From Candidatus Babelota bacterium (GTDB taxonomy: Bacteria; Babelota; Babeliae; Babelales; Vermiphilaceae), in the NCBI GenBank assembly GCA_049325595.1, contig JBMOLF010000015.1:187238-251237 (forward strand): a stretch of 64,000 nt of DNA. The letters run 5' to 3'. The translations under genes were made by a program, and so were the position numbers. Positions 10,277-20,406 of this stretch are shown in pieces (positions within the stretch are counted from its first letter, which is position 1; each line of letters starts with the position of its first letter). The notes under the pieces are model-generated. The model saw nothing but the letters and a program-made list of their open reading frames with translations. It was not told the origin of the DNA and ran no database searches.

Positions 10277-10729
10277 ATGATGAAAAAGCTTGTTTTATTC
10301 TTAGGTATTTTATTAATCATTCCACAACAAGCACGTACTGAAATACACGAAAATCGGGGCATTCCATTAACCATAGCTTCTCTTGTTGCAGCTGGCATAG
10401 GTTATGGATCGTGGAAATTATGCACTCATTGTTTAGACAAGCTTGATAGTAAAAACCTTTCAAAAAAACAGGCTTTGACCTATAAAGCACTTACGGGAAT
10501 AACTTCGGCCATTGCCGCTCTTTGTTGTTGCGCAAGCCCTTTATTGCTTGCGGGTGCTATTCAAGAATTAAATGAAGAGTTTGGTTATTTTGAAACTGAT
10601 AATGATAATACTGCTATACAGATGCCACCATATAAAGAACTACTCATCCAAGAACATAAAGAGCAAATGCAACGAGAAAAAATTTTAAAACTGTTGCAGA
10701 ATGATAATATAAAAAAAGAAGCGCATTAG
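10277..10729 (+). CDS. Hypothetical membrane/secreted protein
   Basis: Signal peptide plus two hydrophobic segments (…AAGIGYGSWKL). Confidence 0.7.
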   Translation: MMKKLVLFLGILLIIPQQARTEIHENRGIPLTIASLVAAGIGYGSWKLCTHCLDKLDSKNLSKKQALTYKALTGITSAIAALCCCASPLLLAGAIQELNEEFGYFETDNDNTAIQMPPYKELLIQEHKEQMQREKILKLLQNDNIKKEAH

Positions 10730-10748
10730 TTAATGCGCTTCTTTTTTT
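10711..10748. terminator. Bidirectional intrinsic terminator
   Basis: AAAAAAAGAAGCGCATTA-GT-TAATGCGCTTCTTTTTTT. Confidence 0.85.
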
Positions 10749-10757
10749 ATAAATAAT

Positions 10758-12278
10758 TTACTTTTTCCAATTCAATGCGACATCAGTTAGCAATCGTACA
10801 CCAAATCCTGTTGCACTTGCCGGTCTGAAATATGGCACATCTGGTATATCCAGGTCAACCCCTGCAATATCTAAATGTACCCATGGCACATCATCAACAA
10901 AATTCTTCAAGAAATGAGCTGCGGTGATTGCCCCTGCCATGTAACGTGGTGAGCCAATGTTGCTAATATCAGCAACGGCAGATTTTATTGCTGGCTTATA
11001 ATCGTCATGCAATGGTAAACGCCATACGCGATCACCGGTACGATTTGAAGATTCTTGTACTTTAGCAACTAACTCATCATGCTGGCTCATCAAGCCGCAA
11101 AAGAAAGGCCCAAGAGCCGCAGCGCATGAACCGGTTAAGGTTGCAATATCAATAATCGCGTCAACTTTATAATGTTTTACCACATACGACAAAGCGTCAG
11201 CTAAAATTAAACGCCCTTCAGCATCAGTATTTTTTATTTCTGCCGTTTTGCCATTGTAAAAACGCGCAACATCACCTGGCTTAATGGCACTTCCACTTGG
11301 TAAATTTTCTGAAATCGGCGCTACGGCTATTACGTTAACTTTAGGTTTTAATTCACCTAAGGCACGCATAGTAGCAATTACTGCAGCAGCACCAGCCATA
11401 TCAGCTTTCATAGTTTCCATAGCGTTAGCTGGTTTAATGCTCAAACCACCTGAATCAAAGGTAATTCCCTTACCAACAAAAGCGATTATTGGTGCATTTT
11501 TATCTTCAGCCTTATATTCCATGATTACTAATTGGCAGTCAAGTTCTGATCCTTTTGCAACCGCACTTAATCCACCCATGCCCATTTTGTTAATTTCTTC
11601 TTCAGAGAAAACGGTAATCGGCATATTATACTTTTTGGCAATCTCACGTGCATGATTTGCTAAATTTTCTGGCGTTAATGACGATGGCGGCAAATCAATC
11701 CAATGACGCGCATCATTTACCGCAGTGGCAATTACCGTGCCTTTTTCTACTCCCGCTTTTACTTGTTGCATATTTAAGTCATCAAGCACAAGTGTCACCG
11801 TAACTTCTGCAGGAATTTTGCGCTTTTCATCAGTAATAAATAGATCAAAATAATAATGCGCCATGGTAATAATGGATGAGGTTTGCTCAGCAAGATATGT
11901 TGCATCTACACCAAACCACTCTGGTTTTGGTAATTGAATAGCCAGCGATTGCCACTTATTATCTTCAGCAAGCCTTACTACTTTACCAAGTGCGCGGCGA
12001 TAGAGTTCAATATCAATCTTTTTACCATTTTTTTGTGAGCCAAGCCCCATTACTATGTGCCAAATAATTTTACCATCATGAACCACGGGAAAACGAACCA
12101 TAGTAAGCGCTTTTCCGCTAAAATCATGATCAGTGCAAAGCTGTTTAAGCGCAGGGAACTGTTTTTCTAATAATTGTACACGTGAAGTTTCTAAAAAACC
12201 ATCTTCAACAAATAATACTCGTGCTTGAGTATAATTTTGTTCTAACAATGGTTTTTCATTGATATGAATCAAAACCAT
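10758..12278 (-). CDS. pepA: Leucyl aminopeptidase (M17)
   Basis: VGKGITFDSGG, MKADMAGAA, NTDAEGRLILAD, IATLTG, WVHLDIAG. Confidence 0.95.
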   Translation of the reverse strand: MVLIHINEKPLLEQNYTQARVLFVEDGFLETSRVQLLEKQFPALKQLCTDHDFSGKALTMVRFPVVHDGKIIWHIVMGLGSQKNGKKIDIELYRRALGKVVRLAEDNKWQSLAIQLPKPEWFGVDATYLAEQTSSIITMAHYYFDLFITDEKRKIPAEVTVTLVLDDLNMQQVKAGVEKGTVIATAVNDARHWIDLPPSSLTPENLANHAREIAKKYNMPITVFSEEEINKMGMGGLSAVAKGSELDCQLVIMEYKAEDKNAPIIAFVGKGITFDSGGLSIKPANAMETMKADMAGAAAVIATMRALGELKPKVNVIAVAPISENLPSGSAIKPGDVARFYNGKTAEIKNTDAEGRLILADALSYVVKHYKVDAIIDIATLTGSCAAALGPFFCGLMSQHDELVAKVQESSNRTGDRVWRLPLHDDYKPAIKSAVADISNIGSPRYMAGAITAAHFLKNFVDDVPWVHLDIAGVDLDIPDVPYFRPASATGFGVRLLTDVALNWKK

Positions 12279-12368
12279 GCTGGTTACCCTTTAAGTAATA
12301 GAAATTTGTGTTATTACCAACTGGCTAAATAATAACAAAGGTATTAATAAATGAAATGAATTTTTAAA

Positions 12369-12983
12369 CTAATAGCCACAACCAACACCAAAATATACAC
12401 CGCCACCACAACCGCCCCAATAAGGGGTATTCCAGTAATAAGGCCAGCCATAGTAACCCCAGTAGGGAGTCCAATAAGCCGCAGCTTCTTGGGCGCGCAA
12501 ACGGCGCTCTTCTCGGTTGTCTTTAATTGCTTGATCAATATCAGAACCAAAGTTTTCATCAATAAATGAGCGTAATTCAGAGTAACTAAATTCGCCCGTT
12601 AACCGTTGGTCAAGCGGTACGCCATTTTTAAATAAAATGATAGTTGGTTCTTTTGAAAGATTATAGTCATAATACCACGAATTATCAGTCGCACTGTTTA
12701 TGACAATAAAACCTATTCCTGCTTCTTTATATTCGCTGACTTGACTTACATCTCGGACGATATTTTTAAGCTGTGACAATGCTTGGCGCACACAACGATC
12801 TTTTTTTGAGCACCGATCATCATAATAAAAAAACGTAACTGCAAGATCGCCTCTGCTTAGTTCTTTATTAAAACGATTTTGACTTTCTAAAGCAACATAC
12901 CTGGTATAAGTAAAATTTTTTATTAAGCACAAGGTAATAATAAAAAACACAAAACCATAAAAAATTCCGCGACCATAGTTCAT
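12369..12983 (-). CDS. Thioredoxin-fold membrane protein lacking canonical CxxC, with Tyr/Trp/Gly-rich tail
   Basis: N-terminal TM; AVTFFY...PTIILFKNG thioredoxin-like pattern; C-terminal YWTPYWGYYGWPYYW. Confidence 0.65.
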   Translation of the reverse strand: MNYGRGIFYGFVFFIITLCLIKNFTYTRYVALESQNRFNKELSRGDLAVTFFYYDDRCSKKDRCVRQALSQLKNIVRDVSQVSEYKEAGIGFIVINSATDNSWYYDYNLSKEPTIILFKNGVPLDQRLTGEFSYSELRSFIDENFGSDIDQAIKDNREERRLRAQEAAAYWTPYWGYYGWPYYWNTPYWGGCGGGVYFGVGCGY

Positions 12984-14095
12984 GAAGGAACCTCTATTGC
13001 TTTTGCAACCTCAACGGCTTGCTGTGCTTCTTTTTTTACTATTGAAAGCATATCATCTTGATCTTCAATAATTTTTTTATCATAGTCAGCAGGTAATCGC
13101 CCAAAGACCAAGTTGTATGCAAATTCTCTCACATTCTTTTTGTAAGCTCCATGGTTATAGAAAACTGAATCATAATGTTTGCGACCTTCAGTAAGCCACA
13201 ACGTTTTGTACCCACCTACCGCGTTATAGACTGTTTTAACGGCATCAACCGATATTTTTTCATCATTTTTACAATGAATGAAAAAGCATGGTACTTTTAT
13301 TTTTGCGGCCGATTCTGCAGGACGTACCGGCTGTACATCTAAATCAATGTTTTTAAAATCAACATGGGCAACTGTACGTAGTGCAAGCTTTAGCAATGAT
13401 TGCATATAAGGATGAAATACATATTTTGCCAACAAATCTTTTCCAGGCAAGCCAAATTGATATCCCATAAATGAAAAACGAAGACCTTCAAGGCACTGGC
13501 GCAGTACATTCTCGGTTGAATCAAAAGGACAGTCAAGTATCATACCAGTAAATAAACTACCATCTTTTGCCTGAGCTTCTATTGCCGATACAGCACCCAT
13601 AGAAAATGCATAGGCAATCATTGGTTTATTTATTAATTGTGGATGTGATTTGGCAAATTTTACGGTCGAAATAACATCAAGTGCTTCATTTTTACCTAAA
13701 GTACATTGTTGACCTTCTGCATTTTCGCCATGTCCTCTAAAATCAAATAACACGTAATTAAATTTTTTCTTTGGGAATAAGCTGCATAAAAAAGCAATAT
13801 CAAATTTATCACACATAAAGCCATGACAAAAAACTACGGTAGCAACAGCATCTTTATGATGCATTATCACCCCATGGCGTACTATTTTTTCGGTTGTTTC
13901 TTCATTTTTTGGTGAGTAAATAAGTATTTTATCAATTTGCGAACCATTTACGGGATCATTAACACGTTCAACAACTTTGCCCCATTCATTTTCAAATTGA
14001 GGAGTAAGGGTATTAGCAAACACTGAACCAAAAAAATTAAATACAAAGCAAAATCCTATTACTATCATGTTATTTTTGTTTTTGAATTGCACCAT
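12980..14095 (-). CDS. Alpha/beta-hydrolase fold protein, exported
   Basis: FCHGF, FDFRGHGE, nucleophile elbow AFSMG, IHCKNDEKI, His near C-terminus. Confidence 0.85.
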   Translation of the reverse strand: MVQFKNKNNMIVIGFCFVFNFFGSVFANTLTPQFENEWGKVVERVNDPVNGSQIDKILIYSPKNEETTEKIVRHGVIMHHKDAVATVVFCHGFMCDKFDIAFLCSLFPKKKFNYVLFDFRGHGENAEGQQCTLGKNEALDVISTVKFAKSHPQLINKPMIAYAFSMGAVSAIEAQAKDGSLFTGMILDCPFDSTENVLRQCLEGLRFSFMGYQFGLPGKDLLAKYVFHPYMQSLLKLALRTVAHVDFKNIDLDVQPVRPAESAAKIKVPCFFIHCKNDEKISVDAVKTVYNAVGGYKTLWLTEGRKHYDSVFYNHGAYKKNVREFAYNLVFGRLPADYDKKIIEDQDDMLSIVKKEAQQAVEVAKAIEVPS

Positions 14096-14288
14096 GACAC
14101 AACTCTCACCATTTAAATTTTTACTTACTTTCACTTCTTATCGTATCAAATGAAAATTTCAGTTTGCAACAAATTTTAAAAGTAAATTAACTTGTACTCA
14201 ATTAAAACCATTCTATAAGTAAATAAAAGAAGCGATTGTTTTTTTTTGAAACTATTTTGATTTACACTTGCAAAAAAAGGATGAATGT

Positions 14289-14954
14289 ATGAAAAAATTA
14301 ATATTCTTATTCATTTGTATTATGAATACATCTCTTAATGCAGGAGAACCCACCACACCACGTAGAGCCATAAAACAACTTCTTCTTGCAAATATAAAAG
14401 CGGATCAATTATCAGAAGATCAATCTGATGGTGCAGTAACTGAACGCGCAGAATCTCCCCCATTTTCACATCATTCAGATGATCAACTGCAAGATGCAAT
14501 AGAATACTGCCAGGACCTTGATGTACGTCTTACCAAGTTAGAAGAAAAATTTTCAAGTCCTTTTATTAGCCTAAAAACCCCCTATTCTGCTGGAATGGTA
14601 GCTTTAGTAGCACATGCTTGGCTATGGGATGAGGCAATAAAACAATCATCATTATCAGATAAACACAAGGAACTATTAGAAAACGTGCTACAAAAAAGCA
14701 GAGAAAATTTACAACTTAATTTTGCCCAAACGATAATTATGCAACATCGAGCTCATAATGGATGGCATTTTATAGCATGGTGCACTGCTTTAGACCTTCT
14801 ACAAAGTAAAATAACATTCGATGTAAGGCCGGTAGCAGATTATTTTGGCAATCATTATTCAGAAGAGACTATTAAAATGGGCATAAAGGGAGTCGCTGCG
14901 TGGTGTCTTGCCTCACTTGCACAAGGCATTGTTCAGACAAGACACCAACATTAA
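14289..14954 (+). CDS. Secreted hypothetical protein
   Basis: MKKLIFLFICIMNTSLNA-GE signal peptide; AAGGA RBS. Confidence 0.7.
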   Translation: MKKLIFLFICIMNTSLNAGEPTTPRRAIKQLLLANIKADQLSEDQSDGAVTERAESPPFSHHSDDQLQDAIEYCQDLDVRLTKLEEKFSSPFISLKTPYSAGMVALVAHAWLWDEAIKQSSLSDKHKELLENVLQKSRENLQLNFAQTIIMQHRAHNGWHFIAWCTALDLLQSKITFDVRPVADYFGNHYSEETIKMGIKGVAAWCLASLAQGIVQTRHQH

Positions 14955-14955
14955 G

Positions 14956-16428
14956 TTATTTTACCTGGCCATCAAGATATTTCATTACTAAATCAAATAA
15001 TTCTTGGCGATCCATAGTCTTGTTATAGCGAGTAACTAACGTTTTATTTTTTAACACCAGAAGAGCTGGTACTTTGTATACTTTATATTTTTGCATAATT
15101 TCAGGACTTACTGCTGCATCAATTTTCACAAAAATAGCTTGGTCTTCAAACTTTTGTGCAACTGATTCAAATACAGGCAGCATATGCATACAAGAAGGAC
15201 AATAATCAGCAAAAAAGTCGAGAACAACTGGTTTTTCTTCTGCTTGTTCAAGCAGCGCGTCTAACTCTTCTATTGTTTTTACTAATTTTACGTAACTTTC
15301 TTGTTTTACTTCCGGATTAAAACGATTGGTTTCTAATTGTTTTACCAATTCATCGTTGTAACCAATTTTAATTAAGAAATTCCAGGCATCTAATGCGGCC
15401 TTTACTCCGTTGCCCGCCGCAACTATTGCTTGGCGATACACATGATCTTCGACATCACCTGCAACAAAAACACCGGGAATGCATGAGGTTTGACTGCGAT
15501 TTTTAAGCTTAATATATCCTTGGTCGTCGATTGGCAAGTAATCTTTAAATAATTTTGAATTTGGCATATGGCCGATTGCCAAAAATACGCCATTTATTGG
15601 CATTTCATAGGTTTCGTTTTTACTGTTATCAAATACCGTAATACCAGTAACATGCTTGTCACCTTTAATTTCTTTAACTTCTCGGTTAAACAGCACGGCA
15701 ATATTTTCATAGCCTTTTAACTTTTCCTGCATAGATGCTGCCGCACGCATTTTATCTTTACGAACTAAAATCGTGACATTTTTAGCGTAGCGAGCAAGCA
15801 ATAAGGCTTCTTCAACTGCCGTATCACCACCACCAATTACCACCACATCTTTATCTTTGTAAAAAGCTGCATCACATACGGCGCAGGTAGTTACCCCAAT
15901 TCCCCAGAACTCTTTTTCACCTTTTACGCCAAGAACAAGCGGGGTAGACCCGGTTGCGACTATCACACTCAATGCGGAAATTTTAAAGCCCTCTTGGGTA
16001 TATACTTCAAATGGCCATACATTGAAATTTACTCGTTCTACGACATCAGAAAGAATATGGGCACCCATTTTTTCAGCATGTTTTTTAAAGTTGCCCATAA
16101 GGTCTTTACCTAAAATCGATTCATTTCCGGGCCAGTTTTCAACATACGATGTTTCAGTTAACACCCCACCGGGTTTTTGCCCTTGAATTATCCAGGTATT
16201 AAGACCATTTCGCGCACCATAAATAGCAGCTGGCCATCCTGCAGACCCGCTCCCAATAATTAATAAATCCACAATATTTTCTTTATTAAGTGCGTATCTT
16301 AAAGTTACATCAGGCATCACACATGTGGTACTGACATTTTTTTCACTTGTTCCTTTAAAACATCCAGGCAGCAATAGTATGCCAGAAATTACTAACAGAA
16401 TACCTTTTGCAAAAACATGTTTTTTCAT
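14956..16428 (-). CDS. trxB: Thioredoxin reductase fused to C-terminal thioredoxin, with lipoprotein-like signal
   Basis: IIGSGSAG, VENWPG, CAVCD, GGGDTAVEEA, GVFVAGDV, YRQAI; C-terminal FFADYCPSC; N-terminal LLLPGC lipobox. Confidence 0.9.
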   Translation of the reverse strand: MKKHVFAKGILLVISGILLLPGCFKGTSEKNVSTTCVMPDVTLRYALNKENIVDLLIIGSGSAGWPAAIYGARNGLNTWIIQGQKPGGVLTETSYVENWPGNESILGKDLMGNFKKHAEKMGAHILSDVVERVNFNVWPFEVYTQEGFKISALSVIVATGSTPLVLGVKGEKEFWGIGVTTCAVCDAAFYKDKDVVVIGGGDTAVEEALLLARYAKNVTILVRKDKMRAAASMQEKLKGYENIAVLFNREVKEIKGDKHVTGITVFDNSKNETYEMPINGVFLAIGHMPNSKLFKDYLPIDDQGYIKLKNRSQTSCIPGVFVAGDVEDHVYRQAIVAAGNGVKAALDAWNFLIKIGYNDELVKQLETNRFNPEVKQESYVKLVKTIEELDALLEQAEEKPVVLDFFADYCPSCMHMLPVFESVAQKFEDQAIFVKIDAAVSPEIMQKYKVYKVPALLVLKNKTLVTRYNKTMDRQELFDLVMKYLDGQVK

Positions 16429-16524
16429 GAGGTTCCTTGTTTTTTTACATTTTTTAAATTTTCGCTCTTCTAGTTATACTAAAAAGTAGCGATTTCACAC
16501 AGTAATTTTTACAAAGGACGCATT

Positions 16525-17394
16525 ATGAAACAAGTTCAAGCATTATTTTTGAGTATGATAATCATTATGGGCGGTTACTCTCATAGTATTTTGGCAAGCA
16601 GCTTGTTCCATTCAATTAAAAAGTTTTATCATCATATCCGATCTACTCAATCAAAAACTATACTTCAGGTAGTTACACCACCTAGCTCAATTAACTTTCA
16701 AGATATAGTTGGCTTAGAAAACGCAAAACAAATTCTTACTCATATAACTGCACTAACGCCAATGGCTCGTGATACTCAAGACGTTTTACTCAAAAAATTA
16801 ATAGTTTTAACCGGAGATTCACGCACGGGGAAGACATTTTTATCCATTGCCTTTGTTAATGAACTCAAAAAATGCAATGCTAATTTTTTATGTCTTATGC
16901 CACGAACAATAATCGATAAAAATAATATCAACCAATTAGAAAATGATTTAGAACATTTAAACAAAGCAGTTTTAATTTTTGATGAAAGTTGTTTTTATGA
17001 AGAGTCTCATTTAAAAAAGCCTATTTTTACCGAGATTATTCGAATATTTACCAAGCATATAGAGAAAAATCCTTCCAAAGAACTTTTTTGCGTCATGCAT
17101 TTATTCTCTGGTGAAGTTAAACCAATTCTCAATGAAATAGACCCAGAAATATACCAACATATTCCTTTAACAAGTCCAACAGAATCGGAACGTACAGAAT
17201 ACATTCGCAAATGGATCTCATCGTATAAATATCCTAACCTGTGGAATAAAATTGAAATTACCGACTTGGTTAACCTTACCGGTGGACTCACCTATTCTTT
17301 AATTGATGGGCTTTTACAAAAATGTGCTATAACAGCTCAAACGCAGAACCAACAAATAAGTTATGAAATGATATTAAACATTCATAAAAAGTGA
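16525..17394 (+). CDS. Degenerate AAA ATPase with signal peptide (paralog of the downstream FtsH-like AAA domain)
   Basis: INFQDIVGLENAK, Walker A GDSRTGKT, Walker B LIFDE. Confidence 0.75.
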   Translation: MKQVQALFLSMIIIMGGYSHSILASSLFHSIKKFYHHIRSTQSKTILQVVTPPSSINFQDIVGLENAKQILTHITALTPMARDTQDVLLKKLIVLTGDSRTGKTFLSIAFVNELKKCNANFLCLMPRTIIDKNNINQLENDLEHLNKAVLIFDESCFYEESHLKKPIFTEIIRIFTKHIEKNPSKELFCVMHLFSGEVKPILNEIDPEIYQHIPLTSPTESERTEYIRKWISSYKYPNLWNKIEITDLVNLTGGLTYSLIDGLLQKCAITAQTQNQQISYEMILNIHKK

Positions 17395-17548
17395 ATCCAC
17401 TACACTTTTATTTCTATTAGAGCAAAAGATCAACCGTTAGGATTATATACAAAATAGTATACCATTCGACAATTTCTTTAAATTTTATATAGTTATTAGT
17501 ATAGCTTTAATTTCCCATGAAATTTCTAACACTCTTAAAGGAACACGC

Positions 17549-20335
17549 ATGAATCGAGCTCGCATACTATTGTGTTTAGCTTTTCTGTGCTCTGTTGAAT
17601 ACAACTTCGCAGAAGATCAACTACCTATTACCACCCAAGAATCAGTTGAATCAGTAAGCCCTGCGGCTCAATTTTTTACCAATAAAATAGTTCCTCAAAT
17701 TGAACATCTTGCCGCCCTTATAGCTCATTCTGAAACATTTTTTATACCCGATTCACAAAAACAAAAAAGCGATGCTCTTCTTACCTATTTAAATGAATTT
17801 GAAGCTACTATTCAAAAAGCCAATTCGACTCCTATTAATGACCAATTTAATTCATCATTATTGCAGATTAACTATGGCATTAGCCAAGAAATAGCAGTAT
17901 GGCTTAAAACCAACTTTGAACAAGTAATGCCATTTGATACTAATCGCTATCTTTCAGAACCTGTTTCTTTAACCCCCGAGCAGCAAGAAATAGTATTTGA
18001 ACAAATTAATAAAACACTTGCCGAAGTTACTAAAGAAATCGGCGAAAAAGTTCAAGATGTATTAGCCGAATTAGTATTAGCCGTGCGCAATCAAATTACT
18101 AATCTTGATTTTTCTTTGCAAAAAATAACTGCCATTGTTAATAACAGCACCCATAAAAATAAAAACGATTTACGTGCTAACATTACTGAATTGCGCTCAG
18201 TATTACAAGGCATTCAACACGCAATTATAACTTCTCCGGCTGATATGCGAATGCTGGTTATGGGTCACGAAATAACCCGTGCGATTATTACTCATTTGGC
18301 CAATGCAACCAGCAATAAATTTGCAGGTATTCAACAATTTGATTTAGAAAAACAACTTAAACGTAATCCTAAAGAACTACCTCAATCAATCGATGAGTTA
18401 AAAAAAGAATTAGCCAAAACGAGCAAAGAATTAGCAAAATTACAATCAAAAGCAGAAAATGCTGATCTTACCTGGGTTAACCGTCTTGCCCGTGCATTTG
18501 ATAATCACATCGTTACTCCCGCACAAAAATACCATTTACCAACACGTATTGGTACTACTTTGGTGGTAACCGGTTTAGCCACATACTTGTGGTGGCATTT
18601 TGATCAACATCGCTATGCTGACGCTATTCCAGGATTTAGAAAAATATTTAAATGGAGTAGCAAACAAACTATTATAGAAACCACTTATTGTATAAATGAT
18701 AAAGGTGAGAACACTACTGTCGAAAAACCTATTCAAGATCCGAGTCGTCCATTTGGTTTCTTAAAATATACCGAAGATTATTTGGCAGGTGTATGGAATG
18801 CTCAAAAACCAATTGCTAAATTTTTAATGGTAACTACTGGTGCTGCTATATATAAAGAATGGAAAGTAAGTATAAGCCCTTGGCTTACTAAAAAAATAAG
18901 AGCTACATTCAATCGCCTTAAAGGTGGTACGTACCGTAAAATTGCTGACGGTATTGAAGAAATTCGCCCAACCGTAACATTTGACGATGTTATTGGCCTT
19001 GATTATGCAAAAGAAATGGTGCGCCCGCATTTAAAATATATTAAAGACCCTGAGCGTTGGGATGCAAATGAGATTGCTCCACCTACTGGTATTTTGTTAA
19101 CGGGACCTTCACGTACCGGTAAAACATTCTTAGCGCGTGCTATTCAAGGCGAAATTAACAAAGAAAATCCAGAAAAAGGTGTTCGCTTCTTTGCGCTTGA
19201 TGCCAGCATGCTTGAAAATGATAGCATTGAGCTGTGGCTCCATATGGCAAAAATGTGTGCCCCATGCGTTATTTTCATCGATGAGATTGATTTACTTGGT
19301 CTACAACGTTCTAGCAATACTAAGCGCTTGAGTGAATTCTTACAAGCAATGAGTGGTGTTATGGACAAAGATCCAAAAAAACAAGTTATTATTATTGCTA
19401 CTACCAATAGACCAGAAAACTTAGATTCTGCCTTATTGCAAAATGGTCGTTTTGGATTAGAAATTCGCTTCCAAAAACCAACATTAAAAGAACGTCAGAT
19501 GTATATCATGCGCGAACTTAACAAGCATGCAATCGACCCTGAGTCTTTTGGCATTGATCTTGCTAAGCTTACCTATGAAACAGAAGATGCTTCTTACGAA
19601 GATATTAAAGCAATGATTGATGATGCATTGATTGCGGCAAGTATTCGTGGCGAAATTATTAATCAATCAATTTTTGAACGAGCACTCGATAAGAAAATTC
19701 GCAAAATTATTGATGTTGATTCAAAAAATATTTCTGATAAAGAAAAACATTTTATGGCAGCGCACCAAGCTGGTCGTACCTTAGTACATCTTTTATTAAA
19801 TCTTGAATCAAAAATATCTAAAGTTACTATTAGACCTATTACGGTTGAAGTAAAAGAAGAAAGCGTTATTGACCAATATTATAAACCAACCGGTTCTAAA
19901 CAAACGGGCACTGATGTGGGCGCTGTGTTTACCTACCATGAACACGATACTAACGACTTTTTAAGTGCACAAGAGCAAGAAAAATTATTTAAATCGTATC
20001 TTGCTGGCCGTGTTGCTGAAAAAGTAATTTTGGGTACCTGCAGTAATTATAAAAATGGTTACAAACAATGGGTATTTACCCGCCTAAAAACCATGCTTAC
20101 TGAAGGTATTAATATAAAAGAGCTGTCTAAAAAAGACCAAGATCGCATTAATCAACAAGCACTTGAGTTAATTGCTCAGTATGAAGCTGAAATTGAAAAG
20201 CTCTTGCGTGAAAATAAAGAAAAGCTTGCGCTACTTACTGATGTGTTGCGCGTTAAACAAACATTAAGTATTGATGAAATTAATTACATTTTGTTTGAAA
20301 ACCACGAAATACAAGAAACTCCAGCTGCAGCGTAA
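17549..20335 (+). CDS. FtsH-like membrane AAA ATPase lacking the HExxH protease motif
   Basis: VTFDDVIG, GPSRTGKT, FIDEID, ATTNRPENLDSALLQNGRF; M41-like domain with HQAGR and YLAGRVAEKV. Confidence 0.85.
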   Translation: MNRARILLCLAFLCSVEYNFAEDQLPITTQESVESVSPAAQFFTNKIVPQIEHLAALIAHSETFFIPDSQKQKSDALLTYLNEFEATIQKANSTPINDQFNSSLLQINYGISQEIAVWLKTNFEQVMPFDTNRYLSEPVSLTPEQQEIVFEQINKTLAEVTKEIGEKVQDVLAELVLAVRNQITNLDFSLQKITAIVNNSTHKNKNDLRANITELRSVLQGIQHAIITSPADMRMLVMGHEITRAIITHLANATSNKFAGIQQFDLEKQLKRNPKELPQSIDELKKELAKTSKELAKLQSKAENADLTWVNRLARAFDNHIVTPAQKYHLPTRIGTTLVVTGLATYLWWHFDQHRYADAIPGFRKIFKWSSKQTIIETTYCINDKGENTTVEKPIQDPSRPFGFLKYTEDYLAGVWNAQKPIAKFLMVTTGAAIYKEWKVSISPWLTKKIRATFNRLKGGTYRKIADGIEEIRPTVTFDDVIGLDYAKEMVRPHLKYIKDPERWDANEIAPPTGILLTGPSRTGKTFLARAIQGEINKENPEKGVRFFALDASMLENDSIELWLHMAKMCAPCVIFIDEIDLLGLQRSSNTKRLSEFLQAMSGVMDKDPKKQVIIIATTNRPENLDSALLQNGRFGLEIRFQKPTLKERQMYIMRELNKHAIDPESFGIDLAKLTYETEDASYEDIKAMIDDALIAASIRGEIINQSIFERALDKKIRKIIDVDSKNISDKEKHFMAAHQAGRTLVHLLLNLESKISKVTIRPITVEVKEESVIDQYYKPTGSKQTGTDVGAVFTYHEHDTNDFLSAQEQEKLFKSYLAGRVAEKVILGTCSNYKNGYKQWVFTRLKTMLTEGINIKELSKKDQDRINQQALELIAQYEAEIEKLLRENKEKLALLTDVLRVKQTLSIDEINYILFENHEIQETPAAA

Positions 20336-20359
20336 ATATTGCTAGACAAAAAAACATTC

Positions 20360-20391
20360 AAGGGGCACTTATAAAAAGTGCCCCTTTTTTT
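20360..20391. terminator. Intrinsic terminator between convergent genes
   Basis: AAGGGGCACTT-ATAAA-AAGTGCCCCTTTTTTT. Confidence 0.85.
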
Positions 20392-20406
20392 ATTAGCTGT
20401 TTTTAC

